A DNA stretch of 64,000 bases from Octopus vulgaris (GCA_951406725.2 OX597819.1:79112001-79176000), one strand, 5' to 3'. Shown: positions 14,745-29,799, counted from the stretch's first letter. Translations and numbers: made by a program. Notes: a model not told the origin generated them from the letters alone.

Positions 14745-14972
14745 CACATACACATACATACTTACCGAAGGATAACATCGACAAAAATCAAGAAGTTTTG
14801 CCAAAGGTCTAGGATTTAGTAAAACGTCGAAAATTTATGAATTATCAGATTCCACACCTGCAGCGGTAGCTTGTAAGCATATATGACTTACATAAAGTAA
14901 ATTCTATCCATCTCCACAATATGCGCGCGTGCGCGTTTGTATGTGTGTGTATGTATGTGTATACGCACACAC

Positions 14973-15024
<52 letters not shown>

Positions 15025-15358
15025 GAGATAAACAAAGGCATATGAAATGAATTATTGATTTATTCTAATTATCTTGGCTTCGAGAGAAAGGGACCAAACG
15101 CCTAGTGACAATTGCGACCAATCCGAATGACAAATATAAACTATCTGGAAAATCAAGAATTCACCGGGATTTATTCGGGATTATGGCACAAACAGTCTGT
15201 TATTTTCCTGGTGACAATAGCACTGCGGTGAACATGCGTTTCTGTCCAGCAAGCATCGCACAGTAGATCTGTGACACCAATGAATACAGGGTATTAAAAA
15301 CTGTTGGTAATATATAGGTATATATATATATATACATATATATGCATATATATATATG

Positions 15359-15435
<77 letters not shown>

Positions 15436-15530
15436 ATATATATATGGATGTATATATATGTATATATATATATATATATATGTATATACACACACATACA
15501 CATATATATACATATATATGTATATGTGTA

Positions 15531-15564
<34 letters not shown>

Positions 15565-15609
15565 CACACACACATACATATATATATATGTATATGTATA
15601 TTATATAGA

Positions 15610-15748
15610 TATCAACCACATAGTCCCGGGTTCAGTCCCACTGCGTGACACATTGGGCAAGTATCTTCTACTGTAGCTTCGCGCTGACCAAAGCATTGTG
15701 AGTGGATTTGGTTGACGGAAACTGAAACAACCCTGTCGAATATGTATG

Positions 15749-15786
<38 letters not shown>

Positions 15787-16090
15787 GAGAATTTACAAAA
15801 ACCAACATACGAAGACGGGTGTGTAAACACCAAACAGATGTGTTAGTTTATCGCTCGGTAAGTGAAAAAGTCTTTCACGTTTCGGTCCTACGCTTTTCGA
15901 TGTTTGTGTGTCTGTGTTTGATCCCCACCATCTCTTGACAACCGATGTTGGTGTGTTTATGTCCCCGTAACTTAGCGGTTCGGCAAAATGGTCTGGTAGA
16001 ATAAATACTAGACCTACAAAGAATAAAATTTGTTCGACTAAAGGCGTGCTCTAGCATGGCCGCAGTCAGATGACTGAAATAAATAAAAGA
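15610..16090 (+). mobile_element. SINE family B interrupted at its internal (TA)n
   Basis: 5' half ~15610-15740 and 3' half ~15902-16090 match 49903-50310; unrelated DNA lies at ~15785-15900. Confidence 0.8.
15785..15900 (-). mobile_element. 5'-truncated copy of the short (TA)n-inserted hammerhead family (decayed ribozyme)
   Basis: Minus strand reads TCGAAAAGCGTAGGACCGAAACGTGAAAGACT..., homologous to 57276-57400 and 61258-61424. Confidence 0.65.
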
Positions 16091-16294
16091 ATAAAAGAAA
16101 ATATATATACATATATACATATACATATATATACACACACACACATATACATACACACACACGCACACACTCACACACACACACACACACACATATACGT
16201 AGGTATGCTGATGCAAACAGGAAAAATAGAACTCAAAGTATGAGTATATGTATATTGTTATTAATATTTAGCAGACAGAAATTCAGAGGGTTTG

Positions 16295-16488
16295 CGTGTC
16301 TGTGTTTGTCCCCGCCATCGCTTGACAACCGATGTTGGTGTGTTTACGTCCCCGTAACTTAGCGGTTCGGTAAAAGTGACCGCTAGAATAAGTAGTGGGC
16401 TTACAAAGAATAAATCCTGGGCCGATTTGTTTAACTAAAGGAGGTACTCTAGCATGGCCGCAGTAAAATGACTGAAACAAATAAAAGA
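16295..16488 (+). mobile_element. SINE family B 3' half
   Basis: GTGTTTGTCCCCGCCATCGCTTGACAACCGATG...GCATGGCCGCAGTAAAATGACTGAAAC. Confidence 0.8.
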
Positions 16489-16500
16489 ATATATGCATAT

Positions 16501-16534
<34 letters not shown>

Positions 16535-16699
16535 TTAACTTTCAGAGATCTGATTTAGGCGCTTGGTGTACATGAAAGGATCTCTCAAGGCTGATAACTC
16601 AGTATACTAATCAGTCTTAGTATCAATATTACTTCCGTTGCTAATAATTAAAATATGTTCTTGTGTGTGTGTGTGTGTGTATGTGTGTGTAGAGAGAGG

Positions 16700-16732
<33 letters not shown>

Positions 16733-16734
<2 letters not shown>

Positions 16735-16848
16735 AGTAAAAAAATGTTCGCACAGAAAGACAAAGATACACACAGAGAATATGAAAAACGTCAGTTACTG
16801 GCCAAAAGTCCTCACAATTTCACGGCATTACATATGTATGTTTGTATG

Positions 16849-16898
<50 letters not shown>

Positions 16899-17028
16899 CG
16901 TGCGTGTGCGTGCGTATGGGTGGACAGAAAGAGTAAAAAAATGTTCGCAGAATAAGACGGCAAACTTACACACGGGAAACAGGAAGACAGCAGTTACTGG
17001 CCAAAAGTCTTCACAATTTCACGCCATT
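16733..17028. repeat. Imperfect ~100-bp direct repeat separated by a (GT)n tract
   Basis: GAGTAAAAAAATGTTCGCA...CAGTTACTGGCCAAAAGTC.TCACAATTTCACG.CATTA at ~16733-16830 and ~16930-17028. Confidence 0.8.
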
Positions 17029-17550
17029 ATGTATGTATGTATGTATGTATGTATGTATGTATGTATGTATGTATGTATGCATATATGCATGTATGTATGT
17101 ATGTATGTATGTATGTATCTATGTATGTATGCATATATGCATGTATGTATGTATGTATGTATGTATCTATGTATGTATGCATATATGCATGCATGTATGT
17201 ATGTATGTATGTATGTATCTATGTATGCATGCATATATGCATGCATGTATGTATGTATGTATGTATGTATCTATGTATGCATGCATATATGCATGTATGT
17301 ATGTATGTATGCATGCATATATGCATGTATGTATGTATGTATGTATGTATGTATGTATGCATGTATGTATGTATGTATGTATGTATATGCATGTATGTAT
17401 GTATGTATGTATGTATGTATGTATGTATGTATGCATGCATGTATGTATGTATGTATGTATGTATGTATGTATGTATGTATGTGTGTGTATGTATGTATGT
17501 ATGTATGTATGTATGTGTGTGTGTATGTGTGTATGTACGTATGTATGCAT
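17029..17550. repeat. Long imperfect (ATGT)n microsatellite
   Basis: Seen directly. Confidence 0.95.
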
Positions 17551-17710
17551 GTATATATGTATTTGTGTATGTAGAGCAAGTGGATTTAACGTTGTGTATT
17601 CTGATTTTGCAAGACAACCTTAAAGAATGAAAGAACTTTATTCGTTTGTAAATATTTTATAATAGGTATTGGAAAGCTATACATTTATATATACTCTCGT
17701 ACATAAGCAC

Positions 17711-17793
<83 letters not shown>

Positions 17794-18104
17794 TGTATGT
17801 ATGTATGTATGTATGTATGTATGTATGTATGTATGTATGTATGTATGTATGTATGTATATATGTATGTATGTGTGTGTGTGTGTGAGTGTGTGTGTAAGT
17901 GTGAGTTTGAGCGTGTGTATACGCTCATGTATGTGTGTATAATTCGATATTTGTATTACATATATTCATATTTTTTAATTATACGTTATAGAATTTATGC
18001 GTACATCTCTATATATTTGCCTAGCTGTCTGTCTATTTTCTACCCCCTGCTCCTTCTCTATCTCTCTCCCCCTCCATACACACACTCATATATAACTTCA
18101 TATA

Positions 18105-18136
<32 letters not shown>

Positions 18137-18668
18137 GATATATAGATATATTATTTTTATATGTACAACACATAGACGTCAGCGTAGAAAGATGTAGCTT
18201 GCATATGAAGGAATATACGGCGCTCACGTATATTCATGCTGCCGTTAAATAATATACCATTTCCCTTTCCCCCAAAGTTACATAATAACATTCATTTGTC
18301 ACAGTGCATCTACTTCATTGGCAACAACAACAATAACAAAAAGAACGACAACAACAACAACAACAACAACAGCAAAATGAACGACAATGAGTAAGATAAA
18401 AAGCAACAACAACAATAACAACAACAACGGCAGCAACGATGATGTATAACGACATTTAGTTGTTACCAATTGATTGTATTACACACATGGTTTGCTAGGA
18501 AATGTTTTCCCTCCCTCTTCTAAAATGCTTTGCCCGCTGTCCAATTCGAACAAGCTTCGTCTAAACGAATGACAAATCTGACCCCTTTTGAAAAATAACC
18601 TCGTTCCACACCCGTCCACCGTGTCATATTGACCGACAAAAGCATTGTGTAATAAAATATTGAGTGTG

Positions 18669-18705
<37 letters not shown>

Positions 18706-18892
18706 TGTTTGTATGTGTGTTTTTATCTGTATGTGAGTATATACATACGTATACACATACTTACACACACACACATGCATACATACATATATATATATAT
18801 ATACACACACACATACACACACACGCACACACACACACATATATATATATACATACATATATATATATGTATATATGTATATATATATGTAT

Positions 18893-18933
<41 letters not shown>

Positions 18934-18953
18934 TATATATCTATCTATCTATC

Positions 18954-18984
<31 letters not shown>

Positions 18985-19207
18985 AGATATATAGATATAT
19001 GTATATATATATGTATATATGTATGTATATATGTATGTATATATGTATGTATATATATATATATGTACATACACACACATATAGATAATACATAAACAAT
19101 CATAAAAGAACGCACACACATTTCATGTATTAGTTTGATATATGTATATATGTTATATTATTGAGCGTAAGTATGTGTGTGTGTATTTGTGTATACACAC
19201 ACGTAAC

Positions 19208-19258
<51 letters not shown>

Positions 19259-19915
19259 AATATTTATGTATATGGGTGTTTCTATTAATGGGTGTATACA
19301 TATGTATGCGTATGCCTGTGCCTGTGTGCATGAGTGTAAACAGGTTAGAAGTAGAGGTGCATAGATAGATAGATAGATAGATAGATAACGAGAGAGCGTG
19401 AGAAAGAAAGAGAGCGAGGTGTTGTGTATGTGAGAGAGAGAGACAGAGAGAGAGAATAAAGAGAGAGAGAAAAAAGAGAGAAATAGTATTTGTGGATTAG
19501 TTCTTGTATAACTTGTGGTGTCTTGTCTCGGTGGATTTCGTAATGGTTACGTAGATTTTGTTTAAATAGCCAGTCACAAATGAAATCGAAGAGAAAACTG
19601 CTAGCTTGAAGAATTGAAGATAAAAGTGCTTCATTTTTCATTATTGGTTGTGATGTTTCAATTCATGTATTTTCCTTTGAAAGTCAAGAACTGGCTTTAA
19701 GAAGCCACGCGGATCAGAGGGTTGCAACTTACGATCGACAAACGACAGTCTGAATTGAACACACCTTTCATATTTATTCTGGCTGATTTCAAAGGTGGAT
19801 TTTTATTTTTATCATTTCACACACGCTTGCTTGCTTGCTCACTTGCTTTATTTACAACGTTAGTATTACCCTCCGCCACCGGCGGCGTCGCCGTTGCCGC
19901 TGCCGACATGATACT

Positions 19916-19956
<41 letters not shown>

Positions 19957-20667
19957 TGATGATGATGATGATGATGATGATAATAATAATAATAATAATC
20001 TCATCTTCATCACCATCATCATCACCACCGCCTTCACTGGCACCACCACCCACCTTGCATCTGCGTCATCATCACCGTATCTGCTACGATCACGACCATC
20101 TCCGCCACTATTGGTGCGACGATGCCGATGACGAGCAGTAGTGCGAGGAGGGGGAGAAAGAGGAAGAAGAGGAGGAGGAGGCGGAGGAAGAGAAAGAAGG
20201 AGAAAAAGAAGGAAAAGGAAAAATATAATGACGGAAAAGAAGATGAAGGAAAAGAAGGTGGAGAAGACAACGAAGAAGATGACGATAATGGAGAAAATGA
20301 AGAAAGTGGAGAAGAAGAAGAAGAAGAAGAAGAAGAAGAAGAAGAAGAAGAAGAAGAAGAAGAAGAAGAAGAAGAAAAACAACAACAACAACAACAACAA
20401 GTGGCAGCAGCAACACCACCACCACCTCAAGCACTACCCTTGACACAGCTATAATGTTGTCGGAGATCCCCAACATCACCATCACAACAGCACCATGATC
20501 ACCACCACCACCACCACCACCACCACCACCACCACCATCAGCACCAGCACCAGCACCAGTACCACTATCTGCACCACTTTAGTTACCATCAGTACTACGA
20601 CTATGAGGATGTGGACCGCCACGGCAACAATAACCACAATAACATGGTGGTGGTGCTGCTGCTGGTG

Positions 20668-20732
<65 letters not shown>

Positions 20733-20733
<1 letters not shown>

Positions 20734-20905
20734 AGGTAGCGAGCTGGCAGAATCATTGGCACGCTGAGTAAAATGCTTCGCGGTGTTTCGTTCGTCTTTA
20801 TGTTCTGAGTTCAATTTGCACCGAAGTCGACTTTGCCTTTCGTTCTTTCGGAGTCGACAAAATGAGTACCAGTGAAATACTGGGGTCGATGTAATCGACT
20901 TCACC
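20733..20905 (+). mobile_element. SINE family A, diverged copy
   Basis: GGTAGCGAGCTGGCAGAATC...GTCGACTTTGCCTTTC...CTGGGGTCGATGTAATCGACT. Confidence 0.8.
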
Positions 20906-20941
20906 TCTCACACGCTATAAATGGGAAGAAATGCTTAGTGG

Positions 20942-21361
20942 TATTTCTTATTCCTTTACTGCCCACAAGGGGCTACACACAGAGGGGACAAACAAGGACA
21001 GACAAACGGATTAAGTCGATTACATCGACACCAGTGCGTAACAGATACTTATTTAATCGACCCCGAAAGGATGAAAGGCAAAGTCGACCTTAGCGGAATC
21101 TGAACTCAGAACGTAGCGGCAGACGAAACACCTATTTCTTTACTACCCACAAGGGGCTAAACACAGAGGGGACAAACAAGGACAGACAAACGGATTAAGT
21201 CGATTATGTCGACCTCAGTGCGTAACTGGTACTTAATTTGACAGCGAAAGGATGAAAGGCAAAGTCGACCTCGGCGGAAGTTGAATTCAGAACGTAACGG
21301 CAGACGAAAAACCGCTAAGCATTTCGCCCGGCGCGCTCACATCTCTGACAGCTCACCGCTT
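20942..21361 (-). mobile_element. SINE family A with two tandem modules
   Basis: Repeated ATTTCTTT...CCCACAAGGGGCTA.ACACAGAGGGGACAAACAAGGACAGAC module, and one head. Confidence 0.9.
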
Positions 21362-21627
21362 AGTGGTATTTCTTCCGACTCATTACGCTCTGACCTGAAA
21401 TTCCACCGGGGTCGACTTTGCCTTTTATAGTCTCGGGAATACTGGAGTCAATGTAATCAACTTCTTCCTTCGCAAAACTGCAAAAATTTGAAATTATTAT
21501 TATTATTATGGCGTTTGGGTGAATCGTTAGAGGCGCAGGAAAACTGTCTTGGTGAGAGTTAGTTACAGTCCTTTAGGTTCTGAGATCAAATCTCACCGTA
21601 ATCTTTCTCGGGCGTTTAAAATGAAGT

Positions 21628-21965
21628 ACATGGTTCAGTGGTTAGAGTGTCGGCCTCACAATCATGAGGTAGTGAGTTCGATTCCAGAACCGGGCTGTGT
21701 GTTGTGTTCTTAAGCAAGACACTTTATTTCACGCTGCTCCAATTCACTCAGTTGTAGAAATGAGTTGCGATGTCACTGATGCCAAGCTGTATCAGCCTTT
21801 ACTTTTCCCTTGGATAACATCGGTGGCGCGAAGAGAGGAGACCGGTATGCATGGGCCACTGCTGGTCTTCCATAAACAATCTTGGCCGGACTTGTGCCTC
21901 AGAGGGTAACTTTCTAGGAGCAATGTCACGGTCATTCAGGGCCGAAGTGGGTCTTTACCTCTTAC
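21628..21965 (+). mobile_element. tRNA-derived SINE (family C-related)
   Basis: TGGTTCAGTGGTTAGAG (A box), GAGTTCGATTCC (B box), TTAAGCAAGACACTT body. A homologous minus copy lies at 24238-24519. Confidence 0.85.
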
Positions 21966-22140
21966 TGGGTGATGTGGAACCCGATCTAATCTTGTGGCAT
22001 TATTCGTTCCAATGTTAGCAATCACCATCATCATCACCACCATTACCATCACCATCACCACCACCACCATCACCACCACCACCACCACCACCACCACCAC
22101 CACCACCACCACCACCACCAACACCATCACCGCCACCACC

Positions 22141-22173
<33 letters not shown>

Positions 22174-22429
22174 TGCCATGCTATTTTTACAACTGTGTCT
22201 CTTTCACAAGTTCAAACAAAGCTTGTCACTCCCCGCCGCCACCGCCGCCACCGCCGCCACCGCCGCCACCACCACCACCACCACCACAACCGCATTCTCA
22301 TCTGCCACTTTTGTTCATGTTGCTGTTGCTGTTGTTTCTTGCTACGTCATTTATCAAGTAACTTCTATTTAACGTCAATGGTCACGCCTCCGTCCACTCT
22401 ACTGGAATAGTCTTCATTCAAGCCAATCA

Positions 22430-22458
22430 TTGTTTCTTCCTTTCTTCCTCCACTTTTT

Positions 22459-22508
<50 letters not shown>

Positions 22509-23005
22509 TTCCTTTCTTTCTTTCTTTCTTTCTTTCGTTTCCTTTCTTTTTATCGTTCATTTTTCCTCTCTTTTTCCTTTTTTCTTTTCCTTTCATTCAT
22601 TCGTTCATTCATTCATTCATTCATTATTTATTTATTCATCTATTTTCCTTTCTTTTTCCTTTCTACTTCTTTCTTTCATTCATTCATTCATTCTTTCATT
22701 CTTTCTATATCTTTCCTTCTTTCTTTCTTTCTTTCTTTCTTACTTTCGTTTTTCTTTCTTCATTATCTTCTCTTTCTCTTCTTTCTTATCTCTCCTTCGT
22801 CTCCTCTTTCCTCCTCCTCCTCCCCCTCTTTCTCCCCCCTCTTTCTCCTCCTCGCCCTCTTTCTCCCCTCCTTCTTCTCCTCCCCCTCTCCCTCCTCTTT
22901 CTCCCCTCCTTCTCCTCCTTCCACCCCCTCTTTCTCTACCTCCTTCTCACCCCTTCTCCTTCTCCTTCCTTCCTTCCTCCTCCTCTTCCTCCTGCTCCTT
23001 CCTCT
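22430..23005. repeat. Polypyrimidine low-complexity tract
   Basis: (TTTC)n, (TTCA)n and CCT-rich sequence. Confidence 0.9.
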
Positions 23006-24237
23006 CCTCTACACTTTGTGCTCAAATCTCACTGAGATCAGCTTAACGTTTCATCCTTTCACGGTCAAAATAAATAAACAAAAATACCAATCCAGGACGA
23101 AGGGTGATGGATTGGCCGAATTGTAAGAGGAGGGTTGTACAGGACACCTTGCGGTATTAGTTTCGGTTCTTTGCGACGACACTGTATTTAGACTGTATCA
23201 GCCAAATTCGTTGACCTTTCCCCTGGAGGAACATCATTGGGTTCGTATGAAGTGGTGAGAGAAAAGGGAGACTTCCACGCAAGGTCACCTGCGACTGCTC
23301 CTCAGAAAAAAAAAATCTTGCCCAGGTCTGTTGGGACGAGGATAACTATCAAGTCATCCAGGAGATGACTGATGACTGATGACTTGCGCAGAGACTTCGT
23401 TTAAAGTGAAGAAGAGTTGAACTCTGTCAGCCTTACACTCCTGTTTCGTGACCAAATTCAATCTAGTAGCAAGACAAGGTCAAGATGATGGACGAGTAGA
23501 GACGGATACAATGGCTGACTAACATGTTTTACTTGCTTCGTCTTGCTATCTGCACTCTACAATGCGTTGTTGCAGCCAGCTTCCTCTCCGTTGAACCATA
23601 AAGGTTACTTCTACGGCGTTCGCCGGATCCATCTTTACACGCAAGCCCTAACTCACCAAGACTTACATAGTCTTCACTGGCTACCTTCACCTGGTTTAGC
23701 CTGCTAGTGTGGTTGCAGGTGTGCATACTAACAGCTGCTTGGAGCTATGAATGAGAATTAATTGTTTGGTGGAGACCAAAGCGAAGAAACTACCGCTAAG
23801 ACTGAGACATGTTACCCCCTCAAAGTTGCTACGCCTCCCGGACACCCCATATACCCCTATGGTAGGTGAAGGCGCATGGCTTGGATGATAGGATATTCGG
23901 CTCACGATCGCAGGGTCGTGAGTTTGATACCCGGAGGTGCGTTGTATAAATGAGTAAACCTGAACGACCCGGCGTCCCGTTCAGTTGGGAAATTTATACG
24001 CCATGAAAATCGGCCTTTATAAGTTGACATGACTCGAGAAGGTAACTTTACCATTTTTTACACCTAGTGCTTGACGACCGATACTCGTTTGTTTACGTTC
24101 CAGTATTTTAACGGTTCGGCAAAAGTATAAAGCTTCAAAAACATGTACGGGGGTCAGGGTCTGTTTCTTTGACGAATCTCTTAATGGTGCCGCGGTACAA
24201 TTACTGAAACAAGTAAAACATGAAATATATAGGAGGA

Positions 24238-24519
24238 TCCGAGGCACAAGTCCGCGCAAGGTTGTTTATGGAAGACCAGCAGTCGCCCATACATACCAAC
24301 CTCTCCTCTCCACATCACTGATGTTCTCCAAGAGAAATGCGAAAGCCGATACAGCTTGGCACCAGTGATGTTGCAACTCATTTCTACAGATGAGTGAACT
24401 GGAGCAATGTGAAATCAAGTGTCTTGTTCAAGAATACAACACACAGCCCAGTTCGGGAACAGAACTCACTACCTCACGATCGTAAGCTCGACGCTCTAAC
24501 CATTGAGCCATGCGCCTTC
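24238..24519 (-). mobile_element. tRNA-derived SINE (same family as 21628-21965)
   Basis: Reverse complement reads GGCGCATGGCTCAATGGTTAGAGCG...GAGTTCTGTTCCC; body shared with the 21628 copy. Confidence 0.85.
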
Positions 24520-24844
24520 ACATAAATGTGTAAGTACATAAAAAAATAAATGACAAAAAATATAAAAACATAACATGTGAGGAGAGTTTCCTGGGTTGAA
24601 TTCAGAATACCTGACAACTCGAAGTATCTTTTGCTCCTGGTATTTGAAGCTAATATATAGAAAAATAGCCGTAATCATTTGTGTTGGGTGACGCAAGAAG
24701 CATTACATATCTTACACCTTCGGACCTGCTTATTTCTTATTTGGCCTCCGTCTGTTAATGTTAACTATGCATCGTTACATGTACATAGGGGTTAACTGGT
24801 GCTCCATCGATTTATTCGACTAAAGGCGGTGGTCCAGTATGGGA

Positions 24845-24950
24845 CAAAATGACCTGACACATTTGTAGGTTTAAAAAATTTTTTCATTCTTTTCTCTATT
24901 TCGCTTTTATTAAAACTACAAATGTGTCAGGTCATTTTGCTCCACCCTGT
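24845..24950. mobile_element. Tc1/mariner-type MITE, left end truncated
   Basis: 24-bp inverted repeat CAAAATGACCTGACACATTTGTAG / CTACAAATGTGTCAGGTCATTTTG. The right end is CACCCTG followed by TA. Confidence 0.7.
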
Positions 24951-24964
24951 ATATATAATAATAA

Positions 24965-25652
24965 TCTATAATATAAACTGGACATAGGCGATCGTTGTAT
25001 TCTTTCTTGTCTTGAGGTTCATAGCCAAACAGCTGGGTGGATTCGCGTGAAAAATGGCACACCTGTAGAGACAGGTGCATAGATTGGAATGCAGCTTGTA
25101 TTTTTTCCTAAACCCCATACTTACCGAGAAAATCGATTAAAACTTTTCTAATGGAATTTCCCTCTTTCTTCTGCCATTAAAACAACCAGTTGTTCACACA
25201 GCCGGCATATACCATTTCGCTAGCAACAAGGGGAGTACAGGATGACAGTCAGCCAAAACTTTCGCTATGCTGTCTCTCTTCTTTCACCTCTCTGCGGGGT
25301 TAATAATCTTAATCTTTAGTTACAGTTTCTCATTCAAACTATATAATAGGCAGAATTGTCGGATTAAGACAGCAGGGTGTTTTGAGGGAGATTTGGCTGC
25401 TGCTTCTACCAGGTCTAGCTACCATCTAAACGTCTGAATTTAATTTTCATTCACATATTTGCATTTCAAAAATCTAGCATAATCTTTTCCATAAATCAAC
25501 TAAAATCAACGTAAAAATTTTATACAATGACATTTTCTATGTATGTGTGTGTACCGTAAAAGACGTCAATCATTACGGCACACACCTTCACTCTCTCACT
25601 CTATCTCTCTTTCTCTCCCTCTTTCTCTCTCACATACACAGGCGCAAGAACG

Positions 25653-25711
<59 letters not shown>

Positions 25712-26096
25712 CCATTTCATATATCTTCTTTCAATTTCTGCTCTCTGCAAATAAGATTTTTACGGATACAACTGCTTACAAAATTAGGGATTAATGTATC
25801 ATTTCTTTCTATGTTCATAATCAAATCAATGTTTTAAGGATTAGACAGAGGTCCAATAGAATAGCTCTCAGAAACAGACTACGTACAAGTTCGTTCTTCA
25901 CAACACCTGAAGCTGTTTTCTGACAAGTGGGTGGGTGGGGAGGAGTCAGCAAATATTCATACAGCTGGAGGGTCCAATCGAAACAGGGGACCCGAAATGA
26001 TAAGGTTGAGAAATGGTGTTATAGATTATGCCTAACCGAAAACGATCACAGCCATATCATCCAAACAGACCGGGTGAAACCGGGCTTAGCTGCTAG
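24965..26096 (+). mobile_element. Non-autonomous Helitron
   Basis: 5' A|TCTATAATATAAA; 3' GC hairpin CCGG-GTGAAA-CCGG about 10 nt before CTAG|T. Insertion between A and T is the Helitron hallmark. Confidence 0.7.
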
Positions 26097-26098
26097 TA

Positions 26099-26223
<125 letters not shown>

Positions 26224-26270
26224 GTATATGCATGGTCACACGCACGCATTCAGGTATGGCAGAAGTCATA

Positions 26271-27546
26271 CAGACATGACAGAAGGCAACAAACACCCTA
26301 TAAAACATCGTTTTATGTTTATTTTAACTTAGAAAGGTTTATATATATTTTTTTATTAATTAACATTTTTATGTTCCAGGTTCTATATGTGACTGTTTAA
26401 TTATGTCACATACAAAAAAAGCGTTGAAACTGTTCGAATTTCAAAGTGCCCACATTGCGGGGCAATCTGAAGGAGTACTTTAGCGTAAAATCGCAGAAAG
26501 CCTTGGAATCCTGTTTCCTGTAGTTAATAGAGTGATTTTACTATCACCAGAGAGGGGAAGAAATCCACGTCATCTCACCCAGGTTGGCCAGGGTCCTCTG
26601 ACAGGACCCTGTGTTTTATTAAGTGAAGTGTTGAGGATAATCCTCTTTGCAAGGCTTCAGACATAGCAGAGCAAATTAATGTCAGTCCCAGAATAACTGT
26701 CATGTATCTCCACAAATTTGGCTACTTTGGTAGAGCAGCAAGAAAGAAACCACTTCTTCAACCAGCCAATATCAAGCAGAGAAAAAATTGAGCAGTTTGA
26801 TGGTAGCCATTAGCATTTTGAAACACTCATATTCTCTGATGAGTCCAGATTTGCTGTATTTCCTGACAGTGGTCGAGTGTAGGTCTGGAAACTCAGTGAT
26901 CAAGAATTTGAAGTGAAAAGATTGCAGCCAACAATGAAACACAGCAGTTATTTTGTGATGGTTTAGGAAGTAATTTGGAGCAATGGTTGATCAGAGCTGG
27001 TGGGGTGTGAGGGAAACATAAACTCAGATAAATATGTGTCCATATTGCAAAAAGGACTCCTTCCAATCTTCTCCAGTGGTGAAAGGATTAAAGAAAACTT
27101 TACTTATGGAAGATGGGGCTCCTTGTCACGCGGCTAAAAAGACCCAAGATTGGTCGGAAGAGAATGGTATTTAAAAGCTTCCATAGCCAAGCTAGTCACC
27201 AAATATTAACCCTATTGAACACATCTGAGGCTGGACACTTCGTAAAAAGAACAAGAAAATATCCTCAAAGCCAGTTCTTTTGAGATTACTGCAAGCAAAT
27301 TGGCAAGAAGTTCCTCAAGAGAATATTTGTCATCTGATCAGTAGCATGTCTAATAGGGCCCTTGCATTGAAAAATGCAAAGGGTATGTGTACTAAATAAT
27401 AGTTATTCAGATATCAATAATGAATAACGACTACTAAATAATAGTTATTCACATATTATTAATTAATAAATAATCTGAATGTATAATTTCAGACTTAAAT
27501 AAATTTTAACGATTATAAGGGTGTCTGTTAACTTCTATCATATCTG
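26271..27546 (+). mobile_element. Tc1-like transposon with decayed DDE transposase
   Basis: Motifs ARKKPLL, IFSDESRF, LQPTMKH, MEDGAPCHAAK and SPNINPIEHI, with stops. Imperfect TIRs CAGACATGACAGAAGGCAACAAACACCCT / AGGGTGTCTGTTAACTTCTATCATATCTG. Confidence 0.9.
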
Positions 27547-27775
27547 TGTATATTCACGCCCATACATATATACGTGTGTGTGTGTGTGTGTGTGTGCATG
27601 TATGTGAGTGGGTGTGTGTGTGTGTATCCAACGATCTGTTAATCGCACACGCATGTATATAGATAGATAGAAAGCAAGATATATTTCTCAATAGATGTAT
27701 ACGTAAGTATAAATATGCGTATATATTTATATATATGTGGGAGTGTCTGTGCACATATACATATGTGTATATATA

Positions 27776-27821
<46 letters not shown>

Positions 27822-28037
27822 CGCACACACAAGCACGCATGTATTTTATATATATATATATATTAATGTTTTTTTATGTCTTTTATTGCTAGAGTTTCTT
27901 TCAAATAGATTTCTTGGAAATCTTCCGAAACTGTCACCAAATGTTGGTAAGGCTTGATTTCTCCTGCCAAACACTTGTGTTGGAGAAGTTTTTCATTCCA
28001 CTCATCACATTCTCTTTGGCAAAATTCCGGCCATTAC

Positions 28038-28126
<89 letters not shown>

Positions 28127-28486
28127 TTCTGTATCTGTCTTCCTGTCAATCACTGTCTGTATTTCTGTCTTTCTGTCCGTCTTCCTGTCTCTCTCTCTTG
28201 TCTCTATCTCCATACATACATGCAAACCTACCTACCTACCTACCTACCTACCTACCTACCTACCTACCTACCTACCTACCTACCTACCTACCTACCTACC
28301 TACATATATACCTACATACGTACATGCACACATACCTACACGCTCACACACATCTAGCATGTATGTACACACACACACTTGTGTGCGTATTTATATATAA
28401 ATATATATAAATTTATATGTATTCGTGTGTGTATATATATATACACATATATACATATAAATACAAACATATATTATATGTATATG

Positions 28487-28554
<68 letters not shown>

Positions 28555-28948
28555 TATATGTCTCTTTCTTCTCTTTTTTAGGTTCCTCGTTCTCCTTTTC
28601 TCCCTCCCCCCTCTCTCTCTCTCTCTCCCTATATATATATATACATATATATATATATTTGTGTGTGCGTGCGTGTGTGTGTGTATGCATGCATTTATAT
28701 GTATATATAACACATATAATTCCGAAATTCGTGCACATACACATACATGTCGGTCTACCTACCCTCCATCCTACCTACTTACTTACTTACCTACTTACTT
28801 ACTTATTTACCCACATACATACATACATACATACATACATACATACATACATACATACATACATACATACATACATACATGTACACACACACACACCCCA
28901 CTCTAGACGTTTGCTGTCATCAGTTAATTTGATTTGATATATACTTCT

Positions 28949-28981
<33 letters not shown>

Positions 28982-28983
28982 GC

Positions 28984-29017
<34 letters not shown>

Positions 29018-29558
29018 CCTACAGCAATTACTACAACAAACTTGAAACAAATAAGCGGCAAAGAGTAATTAATACACTATATCTCTAAAAAATATGTGAT
29101 GGTTATTAGAGGAACGTTCATTAATCGGTATGTCTGTTTAACCAGATTTGACACTGGGACGAAATAACAACGATGATGACATTGAAAAAAAAAAAAACAA
29201 TAGCTTACAGAAAACATATACAAAAACGAAATACCCGACATAGTTTTACATAATAAAAACACTCACTATAGAGCTTCAAAAATTGCCATATTTACTTCAA
29301 ATGACACATCTCAAATTACGTCTCCGTATAACATTACATTTTGATGGCGTCGAATGAAATGATGAAGACTGAGACAGACGAAGATTTAAATCAAAATAAA
29401 TCATTCCATGTAAATTATTATAATGGCTGTTATTAATTTGTTTGCGATGGAAATGAAGATGCTTTTGTGGAAACATGGACGGATTGCAAATGCTACAGAT
29501 AGTGACATGTCGAGAATACACAACCACACACACACACACACACACACACACATAAACA

Positions 29559-29604
<46 letters not shown>

Positions 29605-29734
29605 ATAAACACACATATGTTCCAAGATGTACATCATCTTTGAACAGTTGCATACATTTCCTCCGAGATTTTTAGTATTACAAATTTATTCGAATAAGAA
29701 AGAAACTAGTTCTCGTTTATCTCTATCTTTGAAA

Positions 29735-29799
<65 letters not shown>

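Noticed and set aside
15225-15280. Minus-strand GGTG...GAAACGCATGTTCACC in a TA-flanked insert (15021-15310)
   Set aside because: The 3' half is hammerhead-like but the CUGANGA box is unrecognisable, so it cannot be supported without a consensus.
26836-26905. CTGATGA...GAAA hammerhead-like spacing
   Set aside because: Lies in the Tc1 SDESRF coding sequence, and the stems do not abut the core correctly.
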